Shown: positions 20,379 to 30,427 of the stretch, in pieces
Numbering within the stretch: position 1 is the first letter of the stretch
Layout of the letters: each line of letters opens with the position of its first letter
NCBI GenBank assembly: GCA_963662615.2
Contig: CAXXSR010000001.1
Location: 1,504,001 to 1,568,000, forward strand
Direction: 5' to 3'
Source: Dehalococcoidia bacterium
Lineage (GTDB): Bacteria > Chloroflexota > Dehalococcoidia > Bin125
Length of the DNA: 64,000 nt
Made by a program: the position numbers and the translations under genes
Notes under the pieces: generated by a model
Seen by the model: the letters and a program-made list of their open reading frames with translations, nothing else
What the model was told of the DNA's origin: nothing
Database searches by the model: none

Positions 20379-21215
20379 TCATCGCTCTCTGTCTTCCCTC
20401 CGACGGCCGGAAATCACCTCAGCAACTTGCTGCAGTGCCGCTGCTCGGTCGGCGGGGGGCGCCTGCTCGATCACCGACACGAGAGCGCTCCCCATAACCG
20501 CAGCCTCACATAATTTGCCGATCGTTTCAACCTGTCGCCGGTTCGAGAGGCCGAATCCCAACGCTAGCGGGAGGTCCGTGCCACGGCGCACGCGCGTCAC
20601 GAACTCCACCAGATCGGGAGGAAGCGCCTCTCGCACCCCGGTCACCCCCGTCACGCTGACCAGATAGAGAAAGCCGCCGGCACGCTCCGCGACTGCTTTA
20701 ATCCGCACTTCTGTGCTGGTGGGCGCGAGCAGATAGATCAGCTCCAGATCCCGCGCGCGCAGCGCGGCGCGCACACCGTCAGATTCCTCCGGCGGCAGAT
20801 CCACAATGATGAGACCGTCGGCGCCGGCGGCGGCGGCATCGTCCGTCAGGCGCTCGATGGCGTCGGCGTCTTGTCCGCGCGCGCGACCGTAGGACAGAAA
20901 CGGGTTGAGATAGCCCATCAAGGTGATAGGCACATCGACGCCCTCGGCGCGCAGCTCGGACACCGTCTTCAGAATGAAGGCCAAGTTGGCGCCCTGTTGC
21001 AGAGCGACGGCGCTGGCGCGCTGAATGGTGGGCCCATCGGCCAGGGGGTCGCTGAAGGGCACGCCCACCTCCAAGGCGCCGGCGCCACCGCGCACCAGCG
21101 CTGCCAGCAGCGGTCGCGTCTCTTCCAGGCTGGGAAACCCCGCCGTCAGATAGGGCATGAAGAGCGTCTCGCCGCGTGCCTTCGCCGCCGCGAAGGCGGC
21201 CGCGTAGCGGCTCAT
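20379..21215 (-). CDS. trpA: Tryptophan synthase alpha
   Basis: 'EVGVPFSDPLADGPTIQ', 'IVDLPPEE', 'YLVSVTGVTG'. Confidence 0.97.
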   Translation of the reverse strand: MSRYAAAFAAAKARGETLFMPYLTAGFPSLEETRPLLAALVRGGAGALEVGVPFSDPLADGPTIQRASAVALQQGANLAFILKTVSELRAEGVDVPITLMGYLNPFLSYGRARGQDADAIERLTDDAAAAGADGLIIVDLPPEESDGVRAALRARDLELIYLLAPTSTEVRIKAVAERAGGFLYLVSVTGVTGVREALPPDLVEFVTRVRRGTDLPLALGFGLSNRRQVETIGKLCEAAVMGSALVSVIEQAPPADRAAALQQVAEVISGRRREDRER

Positions 21216-22147
21216 CCGACGCCCTGATCGGCGACGATGGCGGAGAAGGCGATGGCGTTGAAGAGGAAATGGGCGATCACCGAACTGAAAAGATTGCCGG
21301 AGCGGAGGTAGACGAAGGCGAAGACGGCCCCGATCAGGGCAAAGGGGATCAGGCTGCCAACATCCAGATGGACGGCGGCGAACAGGGCCGAGCTGACCAG
21401 CACGGCCGGCAGGATGCTCCAGCGTCGAGCGATTCCCCGCACGAGAAAACCGCGGTAGAAAAGCTCCTCCGCGAGTGGCGCCACGATCACTGTCAAGATC
21501 CCCGTCAGGACGACCAGGGGAATGTGGTCGTAGATCACGTCGTCATCGATCGTGGAGACCGGCTCCAGCGCGTCGGCGTTGATCAGATCGACCACGCCCG
21601 CGTAGATCCCCAGCACCACGTAGGCCATCCCCAACCCCGCCAGTCCCCAGCCGACGGCAAGCAGAGAGGGGCGGCGCACGCCCAATGCGGCCAGTGCGGG
21701 ACGGCGACCGCCGAGGACCCACACAGGGATGAGGACGAACGCGACCGCGTCGACGACGAGCGTGACGATGAGAGCCACGAGCGTCTCCGCCTCGTCGCTG
21801 GGATCGGACACGACCGCCAACAGCACTCCGAACGCCACCAGCGGCAGAAGCAGGAACGCCGCCAGCGCCCAGGCGAAGCCCACGAAGACCGTGTTGCGCT
21901 GAAAGCCCTGCCCCAGAGCGGTGGCGGCCTTGCCCTCTGGCCGCTCCACCTGCCAGGGCCAGTCGGGCTCGGGGCGACCGGAGGAGGGCGGTCTCTGCCG
22001 GCGCCACGGCCGCCGGGCGCCCCGCGCTGCGGAAGACGCTTCTCCCCAGCGCAGGCCGCCCGGCGGCTCTCCGCGGCCCCCGCGCAGATAGGCGTCCGGC
22101 GACGGCGGATTCGGAGGGGGCGGGCCGCCGTCAGAGTCGCTCATCAC
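21212..22147 (-). CDS. CPBP family (CAAX/Abi) intramembrane metalloprotease
   Basis: Multi-TM protein; 'PLAEELFYRG', 'FAAVH', 'AHFLFN' motifs. Confidence 0.9.
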   Translation of the reverse strand: MMSDSDGGPPPPNPPSPDAYLRGGRGEPPGGLRWGEASSAARGARRPWRRQRPPSSGRPEPDWPWQVERPEGKAATALGQGFQRNTVFVGFAWALAAFLLLPLVAFGVLLAVVSDPSDEAETLVALIVTLVVDAVAFVLIPVWVLGGRRPALAALGVRRPSLLAVGWGLAGLGMAYVVLGIYAGVVDLINADALEPVSTIDDDVIYDHIPLVVLTGILTVIVAPLAEELFYRGFLVRGIARRWSILPAVLVSSALFAAVHLDVGSLIPFALIGAVFAFVYLRSGNLFSSVIAHFLFNAIAFSAIVADQGVG

Positions 22148-22186
22148 GCTTCGAGCGTATCAGGGCGTCGTCGTCGCAGCGGCGGC

Positions 22187-23413
22187 TTACAGCTCCAGAC
22201 CGCGTGCGGCGAGCGCCTCGCGAACGATGTCGATGTCCTTGTCGCCGCGCCCGCTCAGCCCTACGAGGACGATCGCGTCGGCGGACAGCGTGGGCATCAG
22301 CTTGGACAGGTAGGCGATGGCGTGGCTCGGCTCCAGGGCGGGCACGATGCCCTCTGTCCGGCAGAGGAGCTGGAAGCCATCCAGCGCCTCGTCGTCGGTA
22401 ACGGCGACGTACTCCGCCCGTCCCGACTCCTTGAGCCAGGCGTGCTCGGGCCCCACGCCGGGATAGTCGAGGCCGGCGCTGATGCTGTGCGCCTCCTGCA
22501 CTTGGCCCTCGTCGTCCTGGAGGAGGTAGGTGTGGGTTCCGTGCAGCACGCCGGGGCGGCCAAGGACGAGGGTGGCCGCGTTGCGACGGTCGAGGCCCTC
22601 GCCGGCCGCTTCCACCCCAATCAGCCGCACGCCGTCGTCCCTGAACGGGTGGAAAAGGCCAATGGCGTTGCTGCCGCCGCCCACGCAGGCGAGGGCCACG
22701 TCCGGCAGCCGCCCGGTTGCCTTTTGCAGTTGCTCCTTCGCCTCCAGCCCAATCACGGACTGCAGCCCCCGCACGATGTCGGGGTAGGGCGCGGGACCGA
22801 TGGCGCTGCCGATCACGTAGTGGGTGTCGCGCACGTTCGTGACCCAATCGCGGATCGTCTCGTTGATGGCGTCCTTGAGCGTGCGGGAGCCGGAATCGAC
22901 GGGACGCACCTCCGCGCCCAGCAGACGCATGCGAAAGACGTTGAGCGATTGGCGCCGCACGTCCTCCGTGCCCATGTAGATCACGCAGTCCAGCCCAAAC
23001 TTGGCGCAGGCGGTGGCCGTCGCGACGCCGTGCTGACCCGCGCCCGTCTCCGCAATGATCCGGCGCTTGCCCATCCGCTGGGCCAGGAGCACCTGGCCCA
23101 GGGCGTTGTTGATCTTGTGCGCGCCCGTATGCGCCAGGTCCTCGCGCTTGAGGAAGATCCGCGGCCCGGCGCCGCCGGCGATCAGGTGCTCGCTCAGGCG
23201 CTGCGCGTACGTCAGCGGGGTGGGCCGACCGGCGTATTCGCGCAGCAGCACGTCGAGCTCGCGCTGGAATGCGGAGTCGCTTTCGGCGTCGCGCCACGCC
23301 GCTTCCAGTTCCGCCAGTGCCGGCATCAGGGTCTCCGGGACGAACTGGCCGCCGAATTCGCCAAAGCGCCCGGCCGACGCCCGCTCGCCTTCGCGCTTGG
23401 AGAGGACGCTCAC
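22187..23413 (-). CDS. trpB: Tryptophan synthase beta
   Basis: '[16 protein letters not shown]', 'AETGAGQHG', '[10 protein letters not shown]', 'LSGRGDKD'. Confidence 0.98.
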   Translation of the reverse strand: MSVLSKREGERASAGRFGEFGGQFVPETLMPALAELEAAWRDAESDSAFQRELDVLLREYAGRPTPLTYAQRLSEHLIAGGAGPRIFLKREDLAHTGAHKINNALGQVLLAQRMGKRRIIAETGAGQHGVATATACAKFGLDCVIYMGTEDVRRQSLNVFRMRLLGAEVRPVDSGSRTLKDAINETIRDWVTNVRDTHYVIGSAIGPAPYPDIVRGLQSVIGLEAKEQLQKATGRLPDVALACVGGGSNAIGLFHPFRDDGVRLIGVEAAGEGLDRRNAATLVLGRPGVLHGTHTYLLQDDEGQVQEAHSISAGLDYPGVGPEHAWLKESGRAEYVAVTDDEALDGFQLLCRTEGIVPALEPSHAIAYLSKLMPTLSADAIVLVGLSGRGDKDIDIVREALAARGLEL

Positions 23414-24159
23414 GACGAGGCTCCAGTCTGATTCCCAATCGCGTCGCGCGCCGCTGCCCGCGCCGCCCCAATGAAGGCGCGGATCTTCTCGGGATCCTTG
23501 CGCCCGTCCGTCTCCACCCCGGAGGAGACGTCCAGCGCCCAGGGCTGCACCTGCCGCACGGCCTCGCCGACGTTGGCCGCCACCAGCCCCCCCGCCAGCA
23601 TCACGGGCCGGCCGCGCGCTACCGCCGCCGCGACGGACCAGTCGAAGGGGGCGCCGCTGCCGCCGCCCGTCGGCGATTTCGTGTCGAGCAGGATGACGGT
23701 CTGCGGTGGTCGCGCGACGGCGGCGCGCACCGCATCGACACCAGTGCCGGGCCCCACGTGAACAGTGCGGATGACCGGCCGCATGATGCGCCCCGCTAAC
23801 GACGGGTGCTCGCCGCCGCTGAGCTGCACGAGATCGAGGTCGACGGCAGCGATGATGCGATTGATCTCGTCGGGCGTCTGTCGGACAAAGACGCCCACCA
23901 GCAGCGGGCGGCCGGCCCGATCGATGGCCGCGGCAAAGGATTGGGCATCGGACTCGAACAGCTCGATCCGCGGGCCCACGACGTCCCGGATCGCTCCTGC
24001 CTCTTGCACAGAGACTTGCCGCCGGCTCTTGGCGAAGACCACGCCCAGGAAGTCCGCCCCGGCGTCCATGGCGACGCCTGCGTGCTCGGGCTCGCGCAGC
24101 CCGCAGATCTTCACGCGGATCTCGCTCGCCGTCGCATCACCAGTCGCGAAAGGCGCCAC
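23410..24159 (-). CDS. trpF: Phosphoribosylanthranilate isomerase
   Basis: 'VKICGL', 'GGSGAPFDW', 'LAGGL', 'DVSSGVE'. Confidence 0.95.
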   Translation of the reverse strand: MAPFATGDATASEIRVKICGLREPEHAGVAMDAGADFLGVVFAKSRRQVSVQEAGAIRDVVGPRIELFESDAQSFAAAIDRAGRPLLVGVFVRQTPDEINRIIAAVDLDLVQLSGGEHPSLAGRIMRPVIRTVHVGPGTGVDAVRAAVARPPQTVILLDTKSPTGGGSGAPFDWSVAAAVARGRPVMLAGGLVAANVGEAVRQVQPWALDVSSGVETDGRKDPEKIRAFIGAARAAARDAIGNQTGASS

Positions 24160-24163
24160 GGAT

Positions 24164-25033
24164 CTACCCGCCGCCTTCCGCCGCGGCCGGGCGCACAGCG
24201 CCCCACAGCTCCCGGATCTTCGCGCTGGGGTCGGGAGCCACGCAGAGCGCCTCCCCGATCATCACCGCATGCACGCCGGCGTCGCGCATGCGCTCCACAT
24301 CTGCGCGCGTCTGCATGCCGCTCGCCGCCACGACGGGAATGCCGTCCGGCACCCGCGGACGCAGCCGCTCGCTGGTGCTGAGATCATCGCGGAACGTGTG
24401 CAGGTCGCGATTATTGATGCCGATCGTCTTCGCGCCCGCCTCCAGCGCCATCTCCAATTCGGCCTCATCCGTGACCTCCACGAAGGCGGTCATGCACAGC
24501 TCCTCGCCGCAATGGATGAGGTCGCGCAGGGCCGCCGCTTCCAGCGTCTTCACGATGAGCAAGTAGGCATCGGCGCCCAGCGCGCGCGCCTCCGCCACCT
24601 GGTACGGATCGATGTGGAACTCCTTGCACAGCAGCGGCGGGCAGGGAGGGCCGGCGTCGCGTGCGTCGGCACTGAGCGCCGTGGCGACCTCGTCCAGCTC
24701 CAGATTGTCGGCATAGAAGTACGGCGACGTCAGCACGGAGATCGCGGCCGCGCCCGCGTCGCGGAAGGCCCGGGCCACACCGACGTGATCGATGCCGGCG
24801 GCGAAGGGCCCCTTGCTGGGCGAGCCCTTCTTCACCTCCGCCACGAGGCCCAAGCCCGGTTCAAGCAACGCCGCCCCGAAATCGCGCGGGGCCGGCCGCG
24901 CCACGGCCAAGTCGCGCAGGAACGGTTCCGGCTGCGCCCGCTTCGTCGCGGCCAAGGCCGCGCGGGTCTCCGCCACGATCCGGTCCAGGACCGATTCCCT
25001 CTGCGGCGAGCCGGCCCTCGACTTGTCGGTCAT
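24164..25033 (-). CDS. trpC: Indole-3-glycerol phosphate synthase
   Basis: 'VAEVKKGSPSKG', 'IGINNRDLHTF'. Confidence 0.95.
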   Translation of the reverse strand: MTDKSRAGSPQRESVLDRIVAETRAALAATKRAQPEPFLRDLAVARPAPRDFGAALLEPGLGLVAEVKKGSPSKGPFAAGIDHVGVARAFRDAGAAAISVLTSPYFYADNLELDEVATALSADARDAGPPCPPLLCKEFHIDPYQVAEARALGADAYLLIVKTLEAAALRDLIHCGEELCMTAFVEVTDEAELEMALEAGAKTIGINNRDLHTFRDDLSTSERLRPRVPDGIPVVAASGMQTRADVERMRDAGVHAVMIGEALCVAPDPSAKIRELWGAVRPAAAEGGG

Positions 25034-26070
25034 GACGACGCTCCCAGCTCCTGCGTCAGCTCCACGAAGCGCTCCAGCTTACGCAGCGCGCTCCCCTCGC
25101 GGATGCACGCGTCGGCACGGCGGACACCGTCGGCGAAGGTAGCCACTGCGTCGGCGGCCACGAGCGCGGCGGCGGCGTTGAGGGTGACGAAGCCCGTGAG
25201 CGGACCCGATCTGCCGCCCAGGACGTCGCACATCGCCCGCGCGTTCGACGCCGCATCGCCGCCGACGACGTCTTTGAGCGGGACAGGGTCAATGCCGACG
25301 CCGGCGGGGTCGACCTCGTACCGCGCCACGGCCCCGTCCTTCAGCTCCCACACCATCGTGGGGCCGCACGGCGATACCTCGTCCAGCCCCTCCCGTCCGT
25401 GTACCACCAGACTGTGCGTGCTGCCCAACCGGCCCAGCGCCGTGGCGATCGTCTCCCCAATCTTCGGCGTCGCCACCCCAATGACTTGGTGTTTCGCACC
25501 CGCCGGGTTGGTCAGCGGCCCCAGGATGTTGAACACGGTGCGGAAGCCCAACTCCCGCCGCACCGGCGCCACGTGCTTCATGGCCGGGTGAAAGGCCTGC
25601 GCGAACATGAAGCCGATACCGATCTCGTCGATGCTCTTGGCGACGCTGGCCGGCTCCAGGTCGATGCGCGCATCTAGCGCCTCCAGGACGTCGGCGCTGC
25701 CGCAGGCCGACGACATGCCGCGATTGCCGTGCTTGGCCACCGGCACACCGCAGGCGGCCACTACGAACGCCGCGGCCGTGCTGACGTTGAAGGTGTGCTT
25801 GCCGTCGCCGCCGGTGCCGCAGGTATCGACCACGCGCTCCACGCCGGGCACCTCCACCCGCACCACCTTCTCCCGCATCACGTGGGCAAAGCCCACGATC
25901 TCGTTCACGCTCTCGCCCTTCACCGCCAGGGCGGTGAGGAAGGCGCCCACCTGCGCCGGCGTGGGCCCCGCACCGGACATGATCTCGCGCAGCGCCGCGT
26001 AGGCCTCCTCCTCCGTCAGGTCGCGGCCCTCGCTGACGATGGCCCGCAGCGCGTCACCGATCGCGGTCAT
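25030..26070 (-). CDS. trpD: Anthranilate phosphoribosyltransferase
   Basis: 'DTCGTGGDG', 'NVST', 'KHGNR', 'FNILGPLTNP'. Confidence 0.97.
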   Translation of the reverse strand: MTAIGDALRAIVSEGRDLTEEEAYAALREIMSGAGPTPAQVGAFLTALAVKGESVNEIVGFAHVMREKVVRVEVPGVERVVDTCGTGGDGKHTFNVSTAAAFVVAACGVPVAKHGNRGMSSACGSADVLEALDARIDLEPASVAKSIDEIGIGFMFAQAFHPAMKHVAPVRRELGFRTVFNILGPLTNPAGAKHQVIGVATPKIGETIATALGRLGSTHSLVVHGREGLDEVSPCGPTMVWELKDGAVARYEVDPAGVGIDPVPLKDVVGGDAASNARAMCDVLGGRSGPLTGFVTLNAAAALVAADAVATFADGVRRADACIREGSALRKLERFVELTQELGASS

Positions 26071-26107
26071 GGTGCGTACCGAGTTCGGCTGAGGTGCGAT
26101 CGCTCCA

Positions 26108-26704
26108 TCATCGCTGCTGAGCGAGGGTCCTCTCCTCCATCGCCAGGAAATTGCGCAGGAGGTCGTGCCCCACCTTGGTCATGATCGATTCGGGGTGAAA
26201 CTGCACGCCCTCCAGCGCGTAGTCGCGGTGTCGCACGCCCTGCAACACCCCGGAGTCCGACCAGCTCGTCGCGATCAATTCAGCGGGCAGGGTGTCCGGA
26301 TCGATGGCGAGGCTGTGGTAGCGGATCGCCTCGAACGGGTTGGGCAGGCCCGCGTAAACGCCCTCGCCGTCGTGGCGAATGGCGCTGGACTTGCCGTGCA
26401 TGATCTCGCCCGCGCCCACGATCTCCGCCCCCAGGGCCGCGCCGATGCACTGATGCCCCAGGCACACGCCCAGCAGCGGCGTGCGACCGGCGAAGCGCCG
26501 CACCAGCTCTACGCTGATCCCCGCGTGCTCGGGCCGCTTGGGACCCGGCGAGATGACGATGTGGTCGGGCTCCAGCGCCTCGATCTCGTCCAGCGTGACC
26601 TGGTCGTTGCGAGCCACCGTCACCTCCCCACCCAGCTCGCTGAGGTACTGGAAGAGGTTGTAGGTGAAGGAGTCGTAGTTATCCAGGAGGAAGACGCGGC
26701 TCAC
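26108..26704 (-). CDS. trpG: Anthranilate synthase component II (glutamine amidotransferase)
   Basis: 'DNYDSFTYNL', 'SPGP', 'GVCLGHQ', 'QFHPES'. Confidence 0.96.
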   Translation of the reverse strand: MSRVFLLDNYDSFTYNLFQYLSELGGEVTVARNDQVTLDEIEALEPDHIVISPGPKRPEHAGISVELVRRFAGRTPLLGVCLGHQCIGAALGAEIVGAGEIMHGKSSAIRHDGEGVYAGLPNPFEAIRYHSLAIDPDTLPAELIATSWSDSGVLQGVRHRDYALEGVQFHPESIMTKVGHDLLRNFLAMEERTLAQQR

Positions 26705-27729
26705 GGGCTGTTTCCGTCGCCGGAATCGCCGTCGTCGCGATGCTGACGGCGCTCACGAACGCGCGCCGCCTGCTTCTGCGCTTCCGCCAGGGCGGTCCGC
26801 ACCCCTCGTTCCGCGACCTCGCGCGCCCGCGCCGTTCGCTTCTCGACCTCTCCCGCCCCCACGCGCGCCCGCGCCTCCAAGTCCTCGGCGGCGTGGCGCA
26901 CCCGTCCCTCCAGCGCCTCCCGGCCCGCCGGGCCCTTGCGGCTCTCTCCCTGCGCGTCTCGCAACGCCACCATGGCTTCCACCGCGAAGGGGAAGCCCAC
27001 GTAGAACGCGGCGGTCGTGATCAGCTCCTCCACCTCCTCCACCGCGACACCGTTGTTGAAGGCGCCGGGGATGTGCAGCGCCAGCTCATCGACGCGCCCC
27101 AGCGCCGTCAGCGCGGAGACCGTGATCAGGCTGCGGTCGCGGCGCGGTAGCTGTGGGCGCGCCCACACTTCGCCAAAGAGCCACTCGCGCGCGAAGCCCG
27201 CAATGGGGCCCAGATCCCTGCCCGCTCCCGCCGTGGGGACGCCCGCGAACATCCCTTCCCTCACGCGCTGCATGTCCCGGCGACGCTCGTCGTCGGACTT
27301 GCGCTCGGCGGGGGCGCGGGGCGGCGGCTCGGCGCCGCCGGCGCGTTCCCGCAGCACGTCGCGCACCGTGTTCATCCCATCGATGGCCCGAGGGAAGCCG
27401 GCGTAGCCGGCCATGTGGACCATCAGCTCCTCGATCTCTTCCTCGCTGAGGCCGTGGTTGAGCCCGGCGCTGACATGGATGCGGAGCTGGTGGAGCTGGT
27501 TGAGCGCCGTCAGCATGGCGATGACGATCAGGCTGCGGTCGCGCCGCGAGATGCCGGGTCGCGTCCAGAGTTCGCCCAGGCAGGTGTCCAGGGCAAATGA
27601 GCCCAGGGCCCCGCGGCTCTTCTCCATCTCCTCGGCCCTGGCGGCGGCGGCGGCCGCATCAATGTCATGGATCGAGGCCAGCGCCTCCAGGCCCTTCGCT
27701 CGTCGATCAGCGTGCGTCTGTTCCGGCAT
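26701..27729 (-). CDS. Tandem carboxymuconolactone decarboxylase (CMD/AhpD-like) domain protein
   Basis: Two CMD repeats ('GELWTRPGISRRDRSLIVIAML...YAGFPRA' and 'GEVWARPQLPRRDRSLITV...YVGFP'), C-terminal coiled tail; SD GAGGAGG; its stop overlaps the trpG start. Confidence 0.88.
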   Translation of the reverse strand: MPEQTHADRRAKGLEALASIHDIDAAAAAARAEEMEKSRGALGSFALDTCLGELWTRPGISRRDRSLIVIAMLTALNQLHQLRIHVSAGLNHGLSEEEIEELMVHMAGYAGFPRAIDGMNTVRDVLRERAGGAEPPPRAPAERKSDDERRRDMQRVREGMFAGVPTAGAGRDLGPIAGFAREWLFGEVWARPQLPRRDRSLITVSALTALGRVDELALHIPGAFNNGVAVEEVEELITTAAFYVGFPFAVEAMVALRDAQGESRKGPAGREALEGRVRHAAEDLEARARVGAGEVEKRTARAREVAERGVRTALAEAQKQAARVRERRQHRDDGDSGDGNSP

Positions 27730-27834
27730 CCGTAGATCCCTCCTCACCGCTCATCCGTGCTCTCATCCTGCCACCTCGCGGCCCTTGAATACCAGAGGCC
27801 GCTTGCGCTCTTTGCGGGTATGGGCCGCTTCCGC

Positions 27835-29307
27835 CTAATAGCCTAGGCTGCCGCGGCGCCCCTCCGCGGCGGCGCTTCGCGCCTCGGCGATATCCAGGGC
27901 GGTGAACAGCGCCTTCGCCTTGTTCACGGTCTCCTCGAATTCCGCCTGCGGCTTACTGTCGTAGACGATGCCGCCGCCCGCCTGCACCGCGGCGACGCCG
28001 TCCCGCATCACGATTGTACGGATCGTAATGGCCGTTTCCATGTTGCCCCCAAAGCCGAAGTAGCCCAGCGCGCCCGCGTAGGGACCGCGCTGGTCCTCTT
28101 CCAGCTCCGCGATGATCTCCATGGCGCGGATCTTGGGCGCGCCCGAGACCGTGCCGGCGGGGAAGGTGGCGCGAACGGCGTCAAAGCAATCCAGCTCCGG
28201 CCGCAGCTGCCCCTGCACCTGCGAGACCAGATGCATGACGTGGCTGTAGCGCTCCACCTCCAGTTGCCGAGTGGCCCGGACGGTGCCGGGTACGCTGACC
28301 CGGCCAATGTCGTTGCGGCCCAGGTCCAGCAGCATGACGTGCTCGGCGAGTTCCTTCTCGTCCGAGCGAAGCTCCTGTTCCAGGGCCGCATCCTCCTCCG
28401 GCGAGGCGCCGCGAGGCCGCGTCCCGGCGATGGGGTTGGTCGCCACCACCCCCTCCTCCACGATGACCAGCAGCTCCGGCGACGTGCCGATGATCTGATG
28501 GTCCCCCATCTCCAGGTAGTACGTGTAGGGCGACGGGTTCACCGTGCGCAAAGTGCGATAGACGTTGAGCGGGTGCACGAACGTCTCCCGCGAGAACCGC
28601 TGCGAGTAGACGCACTGAATCACGTCTCCCGCGACGATGTATTCGATGATCCGTCGCACGTCCGCCAGGTACTCTTCTCGGTCCATGTTGGAGCGGACGG
28701 GCCCCGTGGCCTGCGGCGGCGCGTCGCGCGGCAGCGGCGGCATGGTCCCCGCCAGCCGCTCCACCATCTCATCGATGCGGATCTGCGCCGTTCGGTACGC
28801 CTGCTCAATGTCGCCGTCGGCGCGAACGTGACTCACCACTTTGATCACGTGCTTGAAATGGTCGAAGACCAGGACCGTATCGACGAACTGGAAGAGCGCC
28901 TCCGGGAGCTGAAGGGGATCATCGCTGGCAACGGGCAGCCGCTCGAAATGGCGCACGGCCTCATAGGCCAGGTAGCCCACGGCGCCGCCGTGGAAGGGCG
29001 GCAGCTCCGGGTTAGCGATAAGCCGGAAGCGCTCCAGCTCCTCTTTGATCAGGTCCAGGGGGTCGGCGTCGCCGCCCGACGGCACGCGCAGCACCCGATA
29101 CGGCTCCGTGCCGATTAACGAGTAGCGAGAGGGCCGCTCGCCCCCTTCCACCGATTCGAGCAGGAAGGAGTAGTCGCCGCGCTTCACCTTGAGGAACGCG
29201 GACACGGGCGTCTCCAGATCGGCGAGGACCTCCCGATAGACGGGGACGAGATTCCCCTCGCCGCTTCCGGCGAGCCGCTTGACCTCCTGCAGCGACGGTA
29301 CGTGCAT
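27835..29307 (-). CDS. trpE: Anthranilate synthase component I
   Basis: 'SFLLESVEGGE', 'NPSPY', 'PIAGTRPRG', 'TFPAGTVSGAPK'. ATG at 29307 has GGAG upstream; TTG at 29331 is an alternative start. Confidence 0.97.
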   Translation of the reverse strand: MHVPSLQEVKRLAGSGEGNLVPVYREVLADLETPVSAFLKVKRGDYSFLLESVEGGERPSRYSLIGTEPYRVLRVPSGGDADPLDLIKEELERFRLIANPELPPFHGGAVGYLAYEAVRHFERLPVASDDPLQLPEALFQFVDTVLVFDHFKHVIKVVSHVRADGDIEQAYRTAQIRIDEMVERLAGTMPPLPRDAPPQATGPVRSNMDREEYLADVRRIIEYIVAGDVIQCVYSQRFSRETFVHPLNVYRTLRTVNPSPYTYYLEMGDHQIIGTSPELLVIVEEGVVATNPIAGTRPRGASPEEDAALEQELRSDEKELAEHVMLLDLGRNDIGRVSVPGTVRATRQLEVERYSHVMHLVSQVQGQLRPELDCFDAVRATFPAGTVSGAPKIRAMEIIAELEEDQRGPYAGALGYFGFGGNMETAITIRTIVMRDGVAAVQAGGGIVYDSKPQAEFEETVNKAKALFTALDIAEARSAAAEGRRGSLGY

Positions 29308-29487
29308 TGCTCTCCGCGTTTCCGCTGTCAACGCCGCAATTCAACTGTCATACGCCACGCCACGAGAGGCGCCCACCGCGGTCTCTCCTCGGCGCGGGTC
29401 GCACTTTGGTGTGGGGCGCACCGACGGGATGTTCCCGACGCGGCCTCCTTCCACCACGAACTGCACCAACCCTCCTCTTCGCGATCG

Positions 29488-29514
29488 AAAAAAAATCCGC
29501 TCCTGAAGGAGCGG
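29488..29514 (-). terminator. Intrinsic terminator (attenuator) in the trp leader
   Basis: Minus strand reads CCGCTCCT-TC-AGGAGCGG followed by A and T8. Confidence 0.85.
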
Positions 29515-29726
29515 CGTCGATCCGCGCTGCCACCCGTGTTCCCCGCCGCGCGGGTGCACGGCCGCGCACTCGATTCAAGGACGGCCTCACGGCGTGCTCG
29601 CGCATCCGCTGGAGCCTCGCAGCCCCTCCGTCGCAGGAAGGCCCCTCCTTCGAAACAAGGAAAGGCCCGCGCGCTGGGGCTCGCTTGACCGGGTACACTC
29701 CCCGTTCGGCGTCACGATTCCGTTGT
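29488..29726 (-). promoter_or_regulatory. T-box-like attenuation leader of the trp operon
   Basis: AACACGGGTGGCAGCGCG (29540-29523) resembles the T-box consensus; the antiterminator GGG-UGGCAGC-GCGG...CCGC-UCC overlaps the terminator 5' arm. No UGG specifier found by eye. Confidence 0.6.
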
Positions 29727-29732
29727 GCCCCG

Positions 29733-29762
29733 ACCGTAGGGGCGACGGCGTCAGGCTGTCAA
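29733..29762 (-). promoter_or_regulatory. Sigma70-type promoter for the trp leader
   Basis: TTGACA-N18-TACGGT directly upstream of the leader. Confidence 0.55.
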
Positions 29763-29809
29763 TCGTAGCGCCGGGGCCGGCACGCGCCCAGCGTCCATTG
29801 CCCGCGCGG

Positions 29810-30427
29810 CTACACGTGGACGGGGGGACGGTCCTTGCGGTCCCGCGCGGCCTGGAGGATGGCGAGCAGCTCGCCGATCGCCTCCTCTTCCCGGCCCTCG
29901 CGATTGACGATCACATGATCGAAGCGACCGCTCTCCGCCTCTTCATCACGGGCGGCGGCGAGCCGTCGTTCAAGGTCGAATTGAGCGTCGGCGGCGCGGC
30001 GGCGCAGGCGGCGTTCCAGGGTCGCCTGATCCGGCACGGTGATGAAGATCAGCACGGCGCCGGGAACCACGTCCCGCAGCGTCCGTGCGCCCTGGATATC
30101 GGTCCGGACCAGGACCGTCTTGCCGGCGGCCAGGAGCCGGCGCACCTGATCCCGGGGCACGCCGCTGCGATGCCCGTACACCTCCGCGTGCTCCAGGAAG
30201 CCGCCCGCCGCCAGCAGCGCGTCGAATTCGGCATCCGAGAGGAAGAGGTGGTGGACGCCGTGTTGCTCGCCGGGACGCGGGGCGCGCGTCTTCGCGGTCG
30301 CCACCGTGGCGAGCTGCGGATCTCGGGTCAGGGCCGCGCGGAGGATGGTGTCCTTGCCGGCCCCCGACGGTCCCGAGATCACGGCCAGCAAGGGAGGGCC
30401 AGAGTCGGACTCGCGCGGGCTACTCAT
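29810..30427 (-). CDS. gmk: Guanylate kinase
   Basis: 'ISGPSGAGKDT', 'TRAPRPGEQHGVHHLF', 'EHAEVYGH'. Confidence 0.93.
   Translation of the reverse strand: MSSPRESDSGPPLLAVISGPSGAGKDTILRAALTRDPQLATVATAKTRAPRPGEQHGVHHLFLSDAEFDALLAAGGFLEHAEVYGHRSGVPRDQVRRLLAAGKTVLVRTDIQGARTLRDVVPGAVLIFITVPDQATLERRLRRRAADAQFDLERRLAAARDEEAESGRFDHVIVNREGREEEAIGELLAILQAARDRKDRPPVHV

Noticed and set aside
10052-23431. Very long antisense ORFs (for example 10052-12283, 21176-23431) and similar ones across the window
   Set aside because: Shadow ORFs expected opposite real genes in high-GC DNA; they show no family motifs.
29341-29726. Classical TrpL leader-peptide attenuation
   Set aside because: No short ORF with tandem Trp codons lies upstream of the terminator.
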